From: an uncultured Chlamydiae bacterium
GTDB lineage: Bacteria; Chlamydiota; Chlamydiia; Chlamydiales; SM23-39
Length of the DNA: 64,000 bases
Reading direction: 5' to 3'
Assembly (NCBI GenBank): GCA_963730605.1
Contig: CAVSSM010000011.1
Location: 67,928 to 131,927, forward strand
In this document: positions 38,980 to 49,559 of the stretch, piece after piece
Position numbering within the stretch: position 1 is the first letter of the stretch
How the letters are laid out: every line of letters starts with the position of its first letter
Program-made: the position numbers and the translations under genes
Notes under the pieces: generated by a model
What the model was told of the DNA's origin: nothing
The model's input: only the letters and a program-made list of their open reading frames with translations
Database searches by the model: none

Positions 38980-39973
38980 GTTCGAGCGCCTCCCAATGGA
39001 CCCCTTGTTCCGTAAGATAGCGAAGGGCCGATCCTACGCCATCGGCAGAACCGGTCAGCTCGATCACCAAGGTCCCAACGCTTACGGTTTGGAGATGGTC
39101 GATCCAGCCGAGCAAAATGTTCGCCTCGACATCAAATTTTTTTACGATGTGGGAAATGACCGGCTGGGCCGCAGCCTTTCCTTTGTAACGGAGGCGCAAA
39201 AGTTTTCTTTTCGGAGACGTTGGCTGGATCCAGTCAGGGGGGATTTCATGGATAGAGCGCTCTATGAACCGCTGCGTCGTTGGATGCTGGGGATCTCCAA
39301 AGACTTGAGAGACCGGCCCAACTTCTATGATCCTCCCCGCTTCGATGACGGCCGTTTTATTGCAGATTTTTTTGATCACTTCCATGTCATGGGTAATCAA
39401 GACGATCGTAATCCTGAGTTCCTTATTCAGGGTTTTCAAAAGATCCAGAATTTCTTGGGTCGTTCTGGGGTCGAGAGCGGATGTCGCCTCGTCGCAAAAT
39501 AGGACTTCAGGATGGTTGGCCAACGCGCGGGCGATCCCGACTCTTTGCTTTTCTCCGCCGCTGAGGGAGTTCGGATGACAATCGATTTTTGAAAGGAGGC
39601 CGACGAAACGGAGTAGTTCTTCGACCCGGGATTCTTGAGTTTGCTTAAGTTTTTTTGCGATCTCGAGAGGATAGGCCACATTGCCTCGGACGGTGCGGCT
39701 GGAGAGCAAATTGAAATGTTGGAAGATCATCCCGGTCTTCATGTAAAAATCCCGCAAGGCTTTTCCAGAGAGTGAACCGATATCGATACCCTGAAACAAG
39801 ATTTTTCCCGAGCTCGGCAAGATCAGCCGCGAAAGACAGCGGATAAGGGTCGATTTACCTGCCCCGCTCATTCCGATGATGCCGTAGACATCCCCTTTTG
39901 CAATTTTTAAAGAAATTTCTCTCAAGGCTTGAGTTGTCTTGAACGTCTTTGAAACAGCTATCGCTTCGAGCAT
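38969..39973 (-). CDS. metN: Methionine ABC transporter ATPase
   Basis: GMSGAGKST, LSGGEKQRVGIARAL, CDEATSALDP, NIL domain. Confidence 0.93.
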   Translation of the reverse strand: MLEAIAVSKTFKTTQALREISLKIAKGDVYGIIGMSGAGKSTLIRCLSRLILPSSGKILFQGIDIGSLSGKALRDFYMKTGMIFQHFNLLSSRTVRGNVAYPLEIAKKLKQTQESRVEELLRFVGLLSKIDCHPNSLSGGEKQRVGIARALANHPEVLFCDEATSALDPRTTQEILDLLKTLNKELRITIVLITHDMEVIKKICNKTAVIEAGRIIEVGPVSQVFGDPQHPTTQRFIERSIHEIPPDWIQPTSPKRKLLRLRYKGKAAAQPVISHIVKKFDVEANILLGWIDHLQTVSVGTLVIELTGSADGVGSALRYLTEQGVHWEALEHAI

Positions 39974-40059
39974 AGGGGAATGATTCTATCACCGATGCGA
40001 ATTTTGTTGGAAAAATTCGACTTCTTTACTAAGATTCTTATCTTTTTTTATCGTGGTTC

Positions 40060-42009
40060 ATGCTCCTAGCAACATCGCGCCTGTCCGTTTCCCCCATTTG
40101 GCAACTGCAAAAATTGGCGTATAACCGCCTGGGGGTGGAAAATTGGGCGAAAGGGCGCGTCCCGTTCCTGATGACCAACAATTCCCGCTTTGCCGCTCAA
40201 GTCGCCGACATCGCATGTGCGGCTTTTCAGAGTCAGCCTTTTACTCTCTTAGAATTAGGCGGTGGCTGCGGGAAATTCGCATTTTTGTGCATCAACGAAC
40301 TGCTTCAGCGTAAGGCAAAGGTCCGCTACTTTCTTACAGACGCCGCGGAAAAGAATGTGGCTTTTTGGGAAAGCCATCCACGGCTCAAACCTTGGATCGA
40401 TCAGGGGATTTTGCAAACGGCTGCTCTTGACCCCCTATCTCACAATCCCCCTCGCGCGGATTTCATTGTGGCTAACTATTTTTTCGATTCCATCCCTCAG
40501 GATCTCTTCCGGGTCGAAAAAGGGGTCCTTTTGGAGGGGCAAGCCTCACTTTTTTCTTCCCCTTTTGCGGACGTGGAGAAAGCGGACTGGGAAGACCCGA
40601 GCCTGCTGGCTAAAATCCGGATCGAGATTTCTTTTCGCCCCTTGGAGGAAAATCCCTACCCCGAATTTCCGGAAGCCCGGGAGGTCCTCGAAGAATATTC
40701 CCGATCTGGCGATCTTTCTTTCTTATTTCCCATCGGTGCCCTCACGGTGATCCGTCGCATCGAATCCTCCTCCAGAGGTGATTTTCTTATTTTGGCTGCC
40801 GATCGCGGGTCTTGCAGAGCCAAGGGGCTCCCAAAGTCGCATCGACTTTGGGGAAAAAAAGATTTAAGCAGTATGTCCCTAATGCCCAGCCTTCATGGGA
40901 GCGCTTTTTCATTTCCGGTCAACTTTCACTCAATCGGCCGCTATATTGAGAAAAAAAAGGGCCACGCCCTGTTTTCTCAAAGCCAGACGGCCGATTTTTG
41001 CCTCGCGCTTCTCTCCAATTTTCCCCAAAGTCGATGCGACTTTGGGGGCCCCTTATCCCAGATCCCAAAAGCGTGGTTGGATGCTCAACCGTTCGGCCCC
41101 TTGAAGACGGAGGCTGCTGATTTCAAGGACATCCTGAAACGGCTTGAAGAGGCCAACTGGGATGCGGCGCTTTTCTTTTCTTTTTTCGACCTGATTGTAG
41201 AGTCCTTTGCCCAAGCCAAAGAGAGGGAAAAAAAAGAAATGGTTGCAGGGATGCGCCGGATCTTGGATCGTTTTTTCTCTCTCTTTGGAGAAGAGTCTCT
41301 TCTATTGGAAAGGTTAGGCCAGTTTTTTACAACGATCGGAGAATTGTCCGAGGCAGCGGCCCATTTTCAAATGGCAGCTCTTTTAAAAGCAATGCCTCGG
41401 CAAAGTGATTCCGCGGGATACTATTTGGAGGTAAATCCCCCCCGTGGCGATGTGCTGCAAGTCGGCGGTCCAAAGAGGTCGTTCAAGGGGGTCCGCAACT
41501 ATAAATATATCGCTTGGAGCGAATCTAGGAAGAGGCTTAGAGAGTTCGATACGATCCTCATGTTCCCGCCCCGGGTGATCGTAGAAAAGCAACAACCGGC
41601 ATTTGTCCGGGAAATCGAAGAGCGGTTTTCGCTTAAGCAGATCCGCTACACCGACAATGACATCGAGGCTTTCCTATCGTCTCTCAGCGGGCAAACCGAT
41701 CCAACTCACGTTTTGCATTTTTTGGGTGAATTAAAGAGGAAAAAAAATATCAGCAGAGAACAATTCGATCGATTTGCTAAACGGCTCGGCTTCGACGCTT
41801 TGGCTCAAAAAGAAGACAATTTTTTCGAAATCCTGATGATTTGTCTGAAAAAGCACATGAACCCGGGCGCGGTCCTTCGAGCGTTCCTCCCTGGACTTCT
41901 AACCTATGACGATCCGAGATTTTTTGAGAAAATAGCGGTTGACCCCTATCTAGAAACGGAGGAGATATCCGAGGCCGCAGGCGTTTGGCTCTCGATCAAA
42001 AAATTATGA
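40060..42009 (+). CDS. SAM-dependent methyltransferase-like protein (MidA-like N-terminus) containing two REP-like insertions
   Basis: LELGGGCGKFA, VANYFFDSIPQD, HGSAFSFPVNFHSIG. Confidence 0.6.
   Translation: MLLATSRLSVSPIWQLQKLAYNRLGVENWAKGRVPFLMTNNSRFAAQVADIACAAFQSQPFTLLELGGGCGKFAFLCINELLQRKAKVRYFLTDAAEKNVAFWESHPRLKPWIDQGILQTAALDPLSHNPPRADFIVANYFFDSIPQDLFRVEKGVLLEGQASLFSSPFADVEKADWEDPSLLAKIRIEISFRPLEENPYPEFPEAREVLEEYSRSGDLSFLFPIGALTVIRRIESSSRGDFLILAADRGSCRAKGLPKSHRLWGKKDLSSMSLMPSLHGSAFSFPVNFHSIGRYIEKKKGHALFSQSQTADFCLALLSNFPQSRCDFGGPLSQIPKAWLDAQPFGPLKTEAADFKDILKRLEEANWDAALFFSFFDLIVESFAQAKEREKKEMVAGMRRILDRFFSLFGEESLLLERLGQFFTTIGELSEAAAHFQMAALLKAMPRQSDSAGYYLEVNPPRGDVLQVGGPKRSFKGVRNYKYIAWSESRKRLREFDTILMFPPRVIVEKQQPAFVREIEERFSLKQIRYTDNDIEAFLSSLSGQTDPTHVLHFLGELKRKKNISREQFDRFAKRLGFDALAQKEDNFFEILMICLKKHMNPGAVLRAFLPGLLTYDDPRFFEKIAVDPYLETEEISEAAGVWLSIKKL
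40822..41054. repeat. Two inverted 36-bp REP-like hairpin units (40822-40857 and 41019-41054)
   Basis: TTTTCCCCAAAGTCGATGCGACTTTGGGRGCCCCTT; the copies differ at 1 base. Confidence 0.88.
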
Positions 42010-42031
42010 AATAAAAAAAGGGAATTTCTAC

Positions 42032-42176
42032 CTCGACTTTGTACAATTTTTGGCGAGCAGATCCAGAGGAAGCGCTCTGCAATTTTTTTCTTTTTTTGCG
42101 AAATTCATAGCCGAAGGCGCTATTTATGAGCAAAAAAAGGAAAAAAGGGCCAGCGATTCTCTCAGAGATGCCGTCA
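42032..42176. mobile_element. Right-truncated copy of the element at 59744-59905
   Basis: 145 bp with 2 visible differences from 59744-59888. Confidence 0.9.
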
Positions 42177-42184
42177 TAAGTCTC

Positions 42185-43258
42185 TTAGTAATAGATGTAC
42201 CAGCTAAAGATCCCGGAGACAAAGTTCCCGGTGTTGCGGCCATAGACGGTAAACCATACACCTCCCAAGAGTCCCATGCTGCCCGAGTAGTTGTATTCGA
42301 TCGCAGGAGCTAGGCTGAGCGAGTCGTTGAAGCCGCCGCCAACAGAAGCGGGAGTAGATCCACTCTTGGTAGTCGTTCCCACCTTGCCGCTAAATTTTGT
42401 GATGTTTTGGCAGTTGTACGCGACGTCGAGGGCAATGACCCAAGGCTGATTGATGCTCAGTTCGAATCCCAAGTCGGCAGAGAAGCTGTTGCCGGGACGG
42501 ACAATTCCATGCGTCCCGAAGCCGCCTCCATAGGCGTTGAAGTTAGTCACTTCGACCACGGTAGGGAGCGTATAGCCGAAAGCGAGCCGGGTATTGAAGG
42601 GGTGGAGAGTGTTCCAGAACGTCAATTTGCTGAAGGCGAGGGAAAACGTCGTTTTCCAGGCGCCTGCGCCCGTCGCATCGAGCCCCAGGTCTTTGGGATC
42701 CAAATTCTTATACTTGCCCGTAGGGAATGATTGTGTAACCGCGAATTTCGCTCCGGGAATCCAGAGGCCTTGCTTTTGGATCAAGAATCCTAGCTGGAGA
42801 GTGATGTCATTGAATCCTCCGCTGAACTCTCCTTTTTCCCAATTGGCTACAGTGCTCATGCCGAGGGTCGTGTCAACGGAGGGAGTGATGCCGGTCTGGA
42901 CAACGGCGAGTGGTTGCGGTTGGATCGTAAATTTATTCGGCGCGTCGACCCTTTCTCGGTCTTCATTAAATGCTCCATAGGTGTCTGTAAAGAAGATGTA
43001 GGGCTGCCATGCCACATGGCCAGGGGGACACATGGTGGCAGAAGGAGTGAGGAGAGGGCCGGTGTACCAAGGGTTGAATAATTCGAGGGCATGCTGATAT
43101 TGGGCTTCCGCTTCTGCCAGTTGCGCTTGGACCTCTTCGGGCGACACATACGGCTGAGAAGATTGCGCAGGTTTCATCTCTCGGGACGATTTGCTCTGAG
43201 CAAAGAGCGCTAAAGGCAATAGGAGCAAAAGACATAAACGGTACATAAAACCTCGCAT
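42185..43258 (-). CDS. Putative outer-membrane beta-barrel protein
   Basis: Signal peptide, PWYTGPLL, alternating beta pattern, C-terminal aromatic residues. Confidence 0.6.
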   Translation of the reverse strand: MRGFMYRLCLLLLLPLALFAQSKSSREMKPAQSSQPYVSPEEVQAQLAEAEAQYQHALELFNPWYTGPLLTPSATMCPPGHVAWQPYIFFTDTYGAFNEDRERVDAPNKFTIQPQPLAVVQTGITPSVDTTLGMSTVANWEKGEFSGGFNDITLQLGFLIQKQGLWIPGAKFAVTQSFPTGKYKNLDPKDLGLDATGAGAWKTTFSLAFSKLTFWNTLHPFNTRLAFGYTLPTVVEVTNFNAYGGGFGTHGIVRPGNSFSADLGFELSINQPWVIALDVAYNCQNITKFSGKVGTTTKSGSTPASVGGGFNDSLSLAPAIEYNYSGSMGLLGGVWFTVYGRNTGNFVSGIFSWYIYY

Positions 43259-43317
43259 AAATAAATATGTTTTGCATTTTTTTGAATTTTTTGACAATGA
43301 AAAAGAAGGAGGCACCT

Positions 43318-43665
43318 ATGACAGATGAAATTTCTTCCAGCAGCGGCGGACTAGCGCCCATCACGCCGCGCGAAAAAAAGATGTACGAGCAGGAATATAA
43401 GCACGGAGCCCAGCTTTTTCAAAAGGCATTGCAGCAATACGTAAAATCGGACAATCCTTACCAACAAGAAGAGTTCCATCAGGTCATGGACAAGGCGATG
43501 CGGGTGCTCAATGAGACGGCCGGAGAACTCAACCGGAAGGCTCTATTGGAGCAGAATGCTAAGATTCAGAAAGACTTTGCGGCCTTCAATAATAAGCCAG
43601 ACGATCCGAATAGTTTCGACAAGCTCAATCACGACCTAGACCAGGCCAAAAAATCGCTTGGCTAA
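43318..43665 (+). CDS. Hypothetical alpha-helical protein
   Basis: GGAGG RBS before ATG 43318; clean 115-aa ORF. Confidence 0.7.
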   Translation: MTDEISSSSGGLAPITPREKKMYEQEYKHGAQLFQKALQQYVKSDNPYQQEEFHQVMDKAMRVLNETAGELNRKALLEQNAKIQKDFAAFNNKPDDPNSFDKLNHDLDQAKKSLG

Positions 43666-44234
43666 AGCAGTCTAAAGACGAAAGCGAGCCAACCGTCATC
43701 TTGGCGCTCTTCTAAAAGAGCCCATTTCCATCCGCTGACCAGCGATAGATATTGCTCTCTTTGCGAGACGAGGACGCCGGAAGTGATGATGGTTTTATGG
43801 GTGGAGGGAAGTTTTTGATAGGTCCAAGCGATTTGTTGTTCAGAAGTGATCATGTTCATGAGAACGAGTGTCGGGTTTTTCTTCCAGGAATAGGCAAAAC
43901 TGGTAATGGTTGCTAAACGGTTCAATTTTTGATTCTCTTCGGCGTGCTGTATCGCCAAGGGGGCGATGTCGAGGCCATGGGCATGGGCTCCTCCCATCCT
44001 CGCAGCTGCGAGGGTGAGGATGCCAGAGCCGCAGCCGATATCGAGAACGATTTGCTTCTCGCACCGGTTTTTCATCAGCTCGATCATCAGCTTTGTTGTG
44101 GGGTGGGAGAGGTCGCCAAATCCTGCGCCAGGGGCGAGCAATAGGGGCTCGAACGGATCCAAGTTAACGGTAGAGAGCCCGTTTTGGAAATTGGGAGCGA
44201 ACTTAGCCCATTGCTGATGCCAATCGATGGACAT
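43662..44234 (-). CDS. prmA: Ribosomal protein L11 methyltransferase-like (short form)
   Basis: PGAGFGDLSHPTT, LDIGCGSGIL; downstream of dnaJ. Confidence 0.8.
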   Translation of the reverse strand: MSIDWHQQWAKFAPNFQNGLSTVNLDPFEPLLLAPGAGFGDLSHPTTKLMIELMKNRCEKQIVLDIGCGSGILTLAAARMGGAHAHGLDIAPLAIQHAEENQKLNRLATITSFAYSWKKNPTLVLMNMITSEQQIAWTYQKLPSTHKTIITSGVLVSQREQYLSLVSGWKWALLEERQDDGWLAFVFRLL

Positions 44235-44235
44235 T

Positions 44236-45411
44236 TTACTCTGAAAAGAAAACCTTGATCTTCTCCAAGAACCCCTTCTTGCGGGGATGATTGCTGGGAG
44301 TTTCTAGCTTTTCGAAGGAGCGGAGAATCGTTTTTTGTTTTTCTGTGAGTTTTACGGGAGTTTCGACGGTCATGCGGACAAGAAGATCCCCTTGGCCTTG
44401 GCCATGGACGTTCGGAAAGCCCTTGCCGCTGACGCGGAGGAGTTTGCCGTTTTGCGTCCCTTCAGGGACTTGGATACGCACCGTCTCGCCGAAAGGCGTC
44501 GGCACTTCTTTCTTGCAGCCGAGGGCGGCTTCGGGAAATGTGACCGGCAAATCGAGATACACATCGTCGCCTTCCCGCTTGAAGGCTTCGTGGGGCTCCA
44601 CTTCGATGTAGACGTAGAGATCGCCGGGAGGGCCGCCGTCTTCGCCTGCGTCGCCATAGCCGCTCATTTTGAGCCGCATGCCATTGTCGACCCCGGCGGG
44701 AATGCGGATTTTGATCCGCTGCTTTTCTTTGATCCGGCCTGCGCCATTGCAATTTTTGCAAGGGTCGGTGATCACTTGGCCAGCGCCATTGCAGTGGGGG
44801 CATGTGCTCGACATGCTGAAAAAACCGCGGCTCTGGTAGATTTGCCCCTTTGCCTTGGCAGGTGGCGCACGCTTGGATCCCGGCTTTCGATTTGGCGCCT
44901 GAACCGCGGCAGGTCTCGCAGGTGACGATAATTTTGGATCGCGAGTTCTTTTTCCGTGCCCTGTCGCAGCCTCTTCGAAAGGAGATCCGGACGGTGGCCT
45001 TCTTGCTTGCTCCCTTTGCGGGCGCCGACGTCTGCCCCCTTCCATGCCGCCGCCAAAGAAGATCGAAAATCGACTCGCCTCCTTGGCCGCCAGCTCGCCG
45101 CCAAAGGCGCCCATGAAGGTGCGAAGCGCTTCTTCCATAGAGCAAAAGCCGCCGCCGCCGGAACCCGCCGCCGCCCATGCCGCCGGCTCCGCTTCAACCC
45201 CTCTTCGCCATATTGGTCGTAGATGCGGCGCTTGCTTTCGTCGCTCAAGACTTCATAAGCTTCGGAAACCAGTTTGAATTGCTGCTTCGGCTTTCGGATC
45301 GCCGGGATTGCGGTCGGGATGGCATTCGAGCGCTTTTTTGCGATAGGCTTTCTTGATTTCTTCGGGAGAGGCCTCGCGAGAAACGCCAAGAGTCGCGTAG
45401 TAATCTTTCAT
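44236..45411 (-). CDS. dnaJ: Chaperone DnaJ (several apparent frameshifts)
   Basis: [17 protein letters not shown], CxxCxGxG repeats, GPPGDLYV. Confidence 0.93.
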
Positions 45412-45435
45412 AAGGCTATTTTAGCAGACCAGCGA

Positions 45436-45648
45436 TTAAAGTGCTAATTTTTTTAGTATCCGCGGCGCAAGGCCGTTTTGGTCCGCTTTGTGGCCGCTTT
45501 GGATTTCAGCGCGGCTTTTGACCGAGGGCTTATCATAGAATCGGTGGGCTTTAGCGGCTTTCATGATCCCTTCTTTATCGAGTTTTTTCTTGAGGGCGCG
45601 GAGGGCTTTGTCGATCGGCTCTCCCATGCGGACTTTTACGCTTGGCAT
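45436..45648 (-). CDS. rpsU: 30S ribosomal protein S21 (3' end probably frameshifted)
   Basis: [30 protein letters not shown]. Confidence 0.92.
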   Translation of the reverse strand: MPSVKVRMGEPIDKALRALKKKLDKEGIMKAAKAHRFYDKPSVKSRAEIQSGHKADQNGLAPRILKKLAL

Positions 45649-45709
45649 GTAGATATCCTTTTCGTTGGGTTAAAAACAAGTGTGATTATAGGGGGTCTCT
45701 CCGTTTCGA

Positions 45710-46287
45710 TCAAGGAGATGCCAAGTAGGAAAGGGCGATGGGGGAGGGATTTCCCTCGAGGAAGAGGCGAAGCGCGAACGCGGCGAGAAGGTGTGGATCG
45801 GGAGAGGTTTCGATCCAAACGCCTGGAAGGGCAAGCCGTTTTTTGATGAGGCTAGGATGGGGGGAGGCCAAAAGGGGAATGTCTTTAAGTTTGCTCATCG
45901 TGGCGGCCAAAGAGAGGAGTTGGGGGGAGGCCTGAGAGCGGGTCAGGGCGTAAAATCCCCCCATGCGGGCGTCGACCAGAACGGCCCATTCAGGGGCATC
46001 GGGCAAAAAGCAAGCAGGCTGCAAAAGCCGAAAAGGGGGATTTGCCAGCCGAAGGCAAGCGCCTTGGCGAGGGCGGCGCCGACCCGGATGCCGGTGTAGG
46101 AGCCGGGTCCAGTCCCGACGGCAATGCAATCGGGCCGAGATGTTCCTAAAAGATTTTTCACTTCCAGGGCGAGGGTCTTCGAGAGTTCAGGGCCGCCGGT
46201 CAGGGATTTGGCGGCCGTGGGAATGCCGTCTTGGCCCAGAGCGATGAGCCCTTTTTCGGAGCTTGTTTCAAGGATCAATGCTTGCAT
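45710..46287 (-). CDS. tsaB: tRNA t6A biosynthesis protein TsaB (frameshift near 46000)
   Basis: ILETSS, GTGPGSYTGIRVG, DARMG. Confidence 0.88.
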
Positions 46288-46338
46288 AGGGAGAATTGTA
46301 TCTTGGTTGCCACTTTTTCGCAGCTTCGATAAACTTGA

Positions 46339-46559
46339 TAAACTCAAATGACATGAAGAATCGGGAATATGGCTAGGAGGCGCCCAGAATTTGAGCCAGG
46401 CGAGAGCCGGCGCCGAAGCAGCTCAACTTGAATAAGTTGGGCGATGCAGGCGGGCTCAAAGGCTGTGGCTGCCCGATGCCGCCACCGGGGTCCCCGAAGA
46501 CGCATCGTCTTTGTGGTGGGGCGCCGCCAGAAACCGATTCCTCATGTTTTTTGAGTATA
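46339..46559. mobile_element. 221-bp palindromic MITE-like element in the tsaB-lon divergent intergenic region
   Basis: TIR ACTCAAATGACATGAAGAATCGG / CCGATTCCTCATGTTTTTTGAGT; shared core 46390-46460; REP-like unit 46487-46521. Confidence 0.85.
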
Positions 46560-46614
46560 ACTCACTTGCTTTTGGCTTGGCGATATTCCATAAATAAAGT
46601 TATGAGAGGTACAT

Positions 46615-49074
46615 TTGGACGCTCCCGAACAACCTAAAGAAGAGCCGCCGGTCGCCGAGGTAGAAGAGCTGGACACTCCGAAAAAGGAGGAGCGGTCGCT
46701 GATCCCCTCCCTCGGATACCCAGACCAGCTTTATATTTTGCCTTTGAACCGCCGCCCCTTTTTCCCCGGGATGGCGGCTCCCATCGTCATCGAGCCGGGA
46801 GCCTATTACGAAGTGCTGAAAATCGTCGCGAAAACCGACCACAAATGCGTGGGCCTATTCTTGACGCACCAAGAAGATGTCAACATCTACAAGATCACTT
46901 TCGACGATCTCCACAAAGTCGGCGTCCTGGCGCGGATCTTGCGCATCATCCCGATGGAGCAGGGCGGCGCGCAGGTCGTCCTGAACATGGAAAAGCGGGT
47001 CTCGATCGAAAAGCCGCGTCAAGAACAAATATCTTGCAGGCGCAAGGTCAAATACCATGACGATACGCCGCTGGGCATCTGTCGCGCGAACTGAAAGCCT
47101 ATTCGATCAGCATCATCACGACGATCAAAGAGCTTTTAAAGCTCAATCCTCTTTTCAAAGAAGAGCTGCAGATCTTTCTTGGGCCATTCCGATTTCACAG
47201 AGCCGGGCAGGCTGGCCGATTTTGCCGTGGCCTTGACGACGGCGACGCGCGAAGAGCTGCAGGATGTCCTCGAGACGTTCGACATCGAAAAGACGGATCG
47301 ACAAGGCGCTGCTGCTTTTGAAAAAAGAGCTCGATATCAGCAAGCTGCAAAGCACGATCAACCAGAAAATCGAAGCGACGATCTCCAAAACGCAGCGCGA
47401 ATTTTTCTTGCGCGAGCAGCTCAAGACGATCAAAAAAGAGCTCGGCATGGAAAAAGACGACAAGACGATCGACATCGAGAAGTTTGAAGAGCGCCTCAAA
47501 AAGCGGACAGTCCCCGAAGACGTGATGAAGTCATCAGCGAAGAGATGGACAAGCTCAGCGTCCTCGAAGTGCAATCGGCCGAATATGGCGTCTGCCGCAA
47601 CTACCTCGATTGGCTGACGATCGTCCCCTGGGGCATCTACAGCAAAGAGACGCACGATCTGAAAAAGGCGGAAAAAATCCTCGAGCAAGACCATTATGGG
47701 CTTGAAGGATATCAAAGAGCGGATCCTCGAGTTCATCGGCGTCGGCAAACTGACCGGCGGCGTCAAAGGGAGCATCATCTGCCTCGTGGGCCCTCCGGGC
47801 GTCGGAAAAACGAGCATCGGCAAAAGCATCGCTCGCGCGCTGAACCGGCAAGTTTTACCGTTTTTCCGTCGGCGGCATGCGCGACGAGGCGGAGATCAAA
47901 GGGCATCGCCGCACCTATATCGGCGCGATGCCGGGCAAAATGATCCAGGCGCTGAAATTTACGCAGACGATGAATCCCGTCATCATGCTCGATGAAGTGG
48001 ACAAGATGGGCGCAAGCTATCAAGGCGATCCCGCATCGGCTCTGCTCGAAGTGCTGGATCCTGAGCAAAACAAAGAATTTCTGGACCACTATCTCGATGT
48101 GCGCTGCGATCTGTCCAATGTGCTGTTCATCGTCACGGCCAACGTTCTGGACACGATCCCCGAGCCTCTGAAAGACCGGATGGAAATCCTGCGCCTTTCG
48201 GGCTACATCCAGGCAGAAAAGATCGAGATCGCCAAGAAATATCTGGTTCCGCGCAACCGCAAGAACATGGGCCTTAAAGCGAGCGATGTCACATTCACCA
48301 ACGGCGCCTTGCGCAGATCATCAATGGCTATGCGCGGGAAGCGGGCGTGCGGACTCTGGAGAACAACATCAAAAAAATCATGCGCAAAGTCGCCGTGAAA
48401 ATCGCGCGCGAAGAGAAGAAGACGCAAGGCCGCAAAGACGATCGATCACCGAAAAAAATCTTGATCGAATATTTCGGCAAGCCGATCTTTACCGCGACCG
48501 TTTTTACGAAGTCAACCCAGTCGGCGTCTGCATGGGTCTTGCCTGGACATCGCTGGGCGGCGCGACGCTCTACATCGAAGCGATCAGATATCCGGCCGAA
48601 AAAACCGAGATGAAGCTGACGGGCCAAGCGGGCGATGTGATGAAAGAGTCGGCGCAGATCGCTTGGAGCTATCTGCATAGCCATGTCGCTCGATATACGC
48701 TCCGGGCATCACCTTTTTTGAAAAATCGCAGGTGCATATCCACATCCCCGAAGGGGCGACCCCGAAAGACGGCCCTTCTGCCGGGATCACCATGGTGACC
48801 GCGCTCCTCTCGCTTCTTCTTGAACACAGCCGGTGCTCGAAAATCTCGGCATGACAGGAGAGATTGACGCTGACAGGACGGTGCTGCCGATCGGCGGCGT
48901 GAAAGAAAAGCTGATCGCCGCGCGGAGATCCAAAGTGAACGTGCTGATTTTCCCCAAAGAAAATTTGCGCGACTATGACGAACTTCCCGAGTACTTGAAA
49001 AAGGGGATCGAAGTCCATTTCGTCGAATGATTACGATGAAGTTTCCGAATCGCTTTCCCCCAAAAAGGAACTAG
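46615..49074 (+). CDS. lon: ATP-dependent protease Lon (many apparent frameshifts)
   Basis: [55 protein letters not shown] across frames. Confidence 0.93.
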
Positions 49075-49076
49075 AC

Positions 49077-49559
49077 ATGCACCGTGTGGCTAAAAAAAAC
49101 TCATCGATCCGGAATGCTTGGAAGAGAAAGTCGCTGCTTTGAGAGGCGCAAAAGCTGACCATTGCCACTCTCAACGGCTCGTTCGATCTGCTCCATGCCG
49201 GCCATCTTTATATCATCCATGAGGCATCCAAACAGGCCGACCGGCTGATCGTCGCCCTCAACTCCGACCGCTCGATCCAGCAATATAAAAGTCCCAGGAC
49301 CGCCCGATCATCCCTCTCCACTACCGCCTGGAGATGATGGCCGCCCTTGAATTTGTCGATTACGTCACTTGGTTTGAAGAGACCGACCCTCGGGCTTTTT
49401 TGGAAGGTCAAGCCCGACGTCCATGTCAATGGAGCCGAATACGGAGAGAATTGCATAGAGGCCGCCACCGTGAAGAAATTCGGCGGGCGGCTCCATCTCG
49501 TCCCGAGGATCGAATCCCTTTCCACCTCAAATATCATCGATAAAATCAGATGCGTTTAA
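49077..49559 (+). CDS. ADP-heptose synthase adenylyltransferase domain (RfaE2/HldE-like), frameshifted
   Basis: NGSFDLLHAGH, VALNSDRSI, KPDVHVNGAEYG, LSTSNII. Confidence 0.82.

Noticed and set aside
42050..42313. Paralogous small ORFs at 42050 and 59735
   Set aside because: The similarity is simply translation of the repeated element
46615..49074. Programmed frameshifting or true pseudogenisation of lon and dnaJ
   Set aside because: Many scattered indels across adjacent conserved genes fit consensus error better
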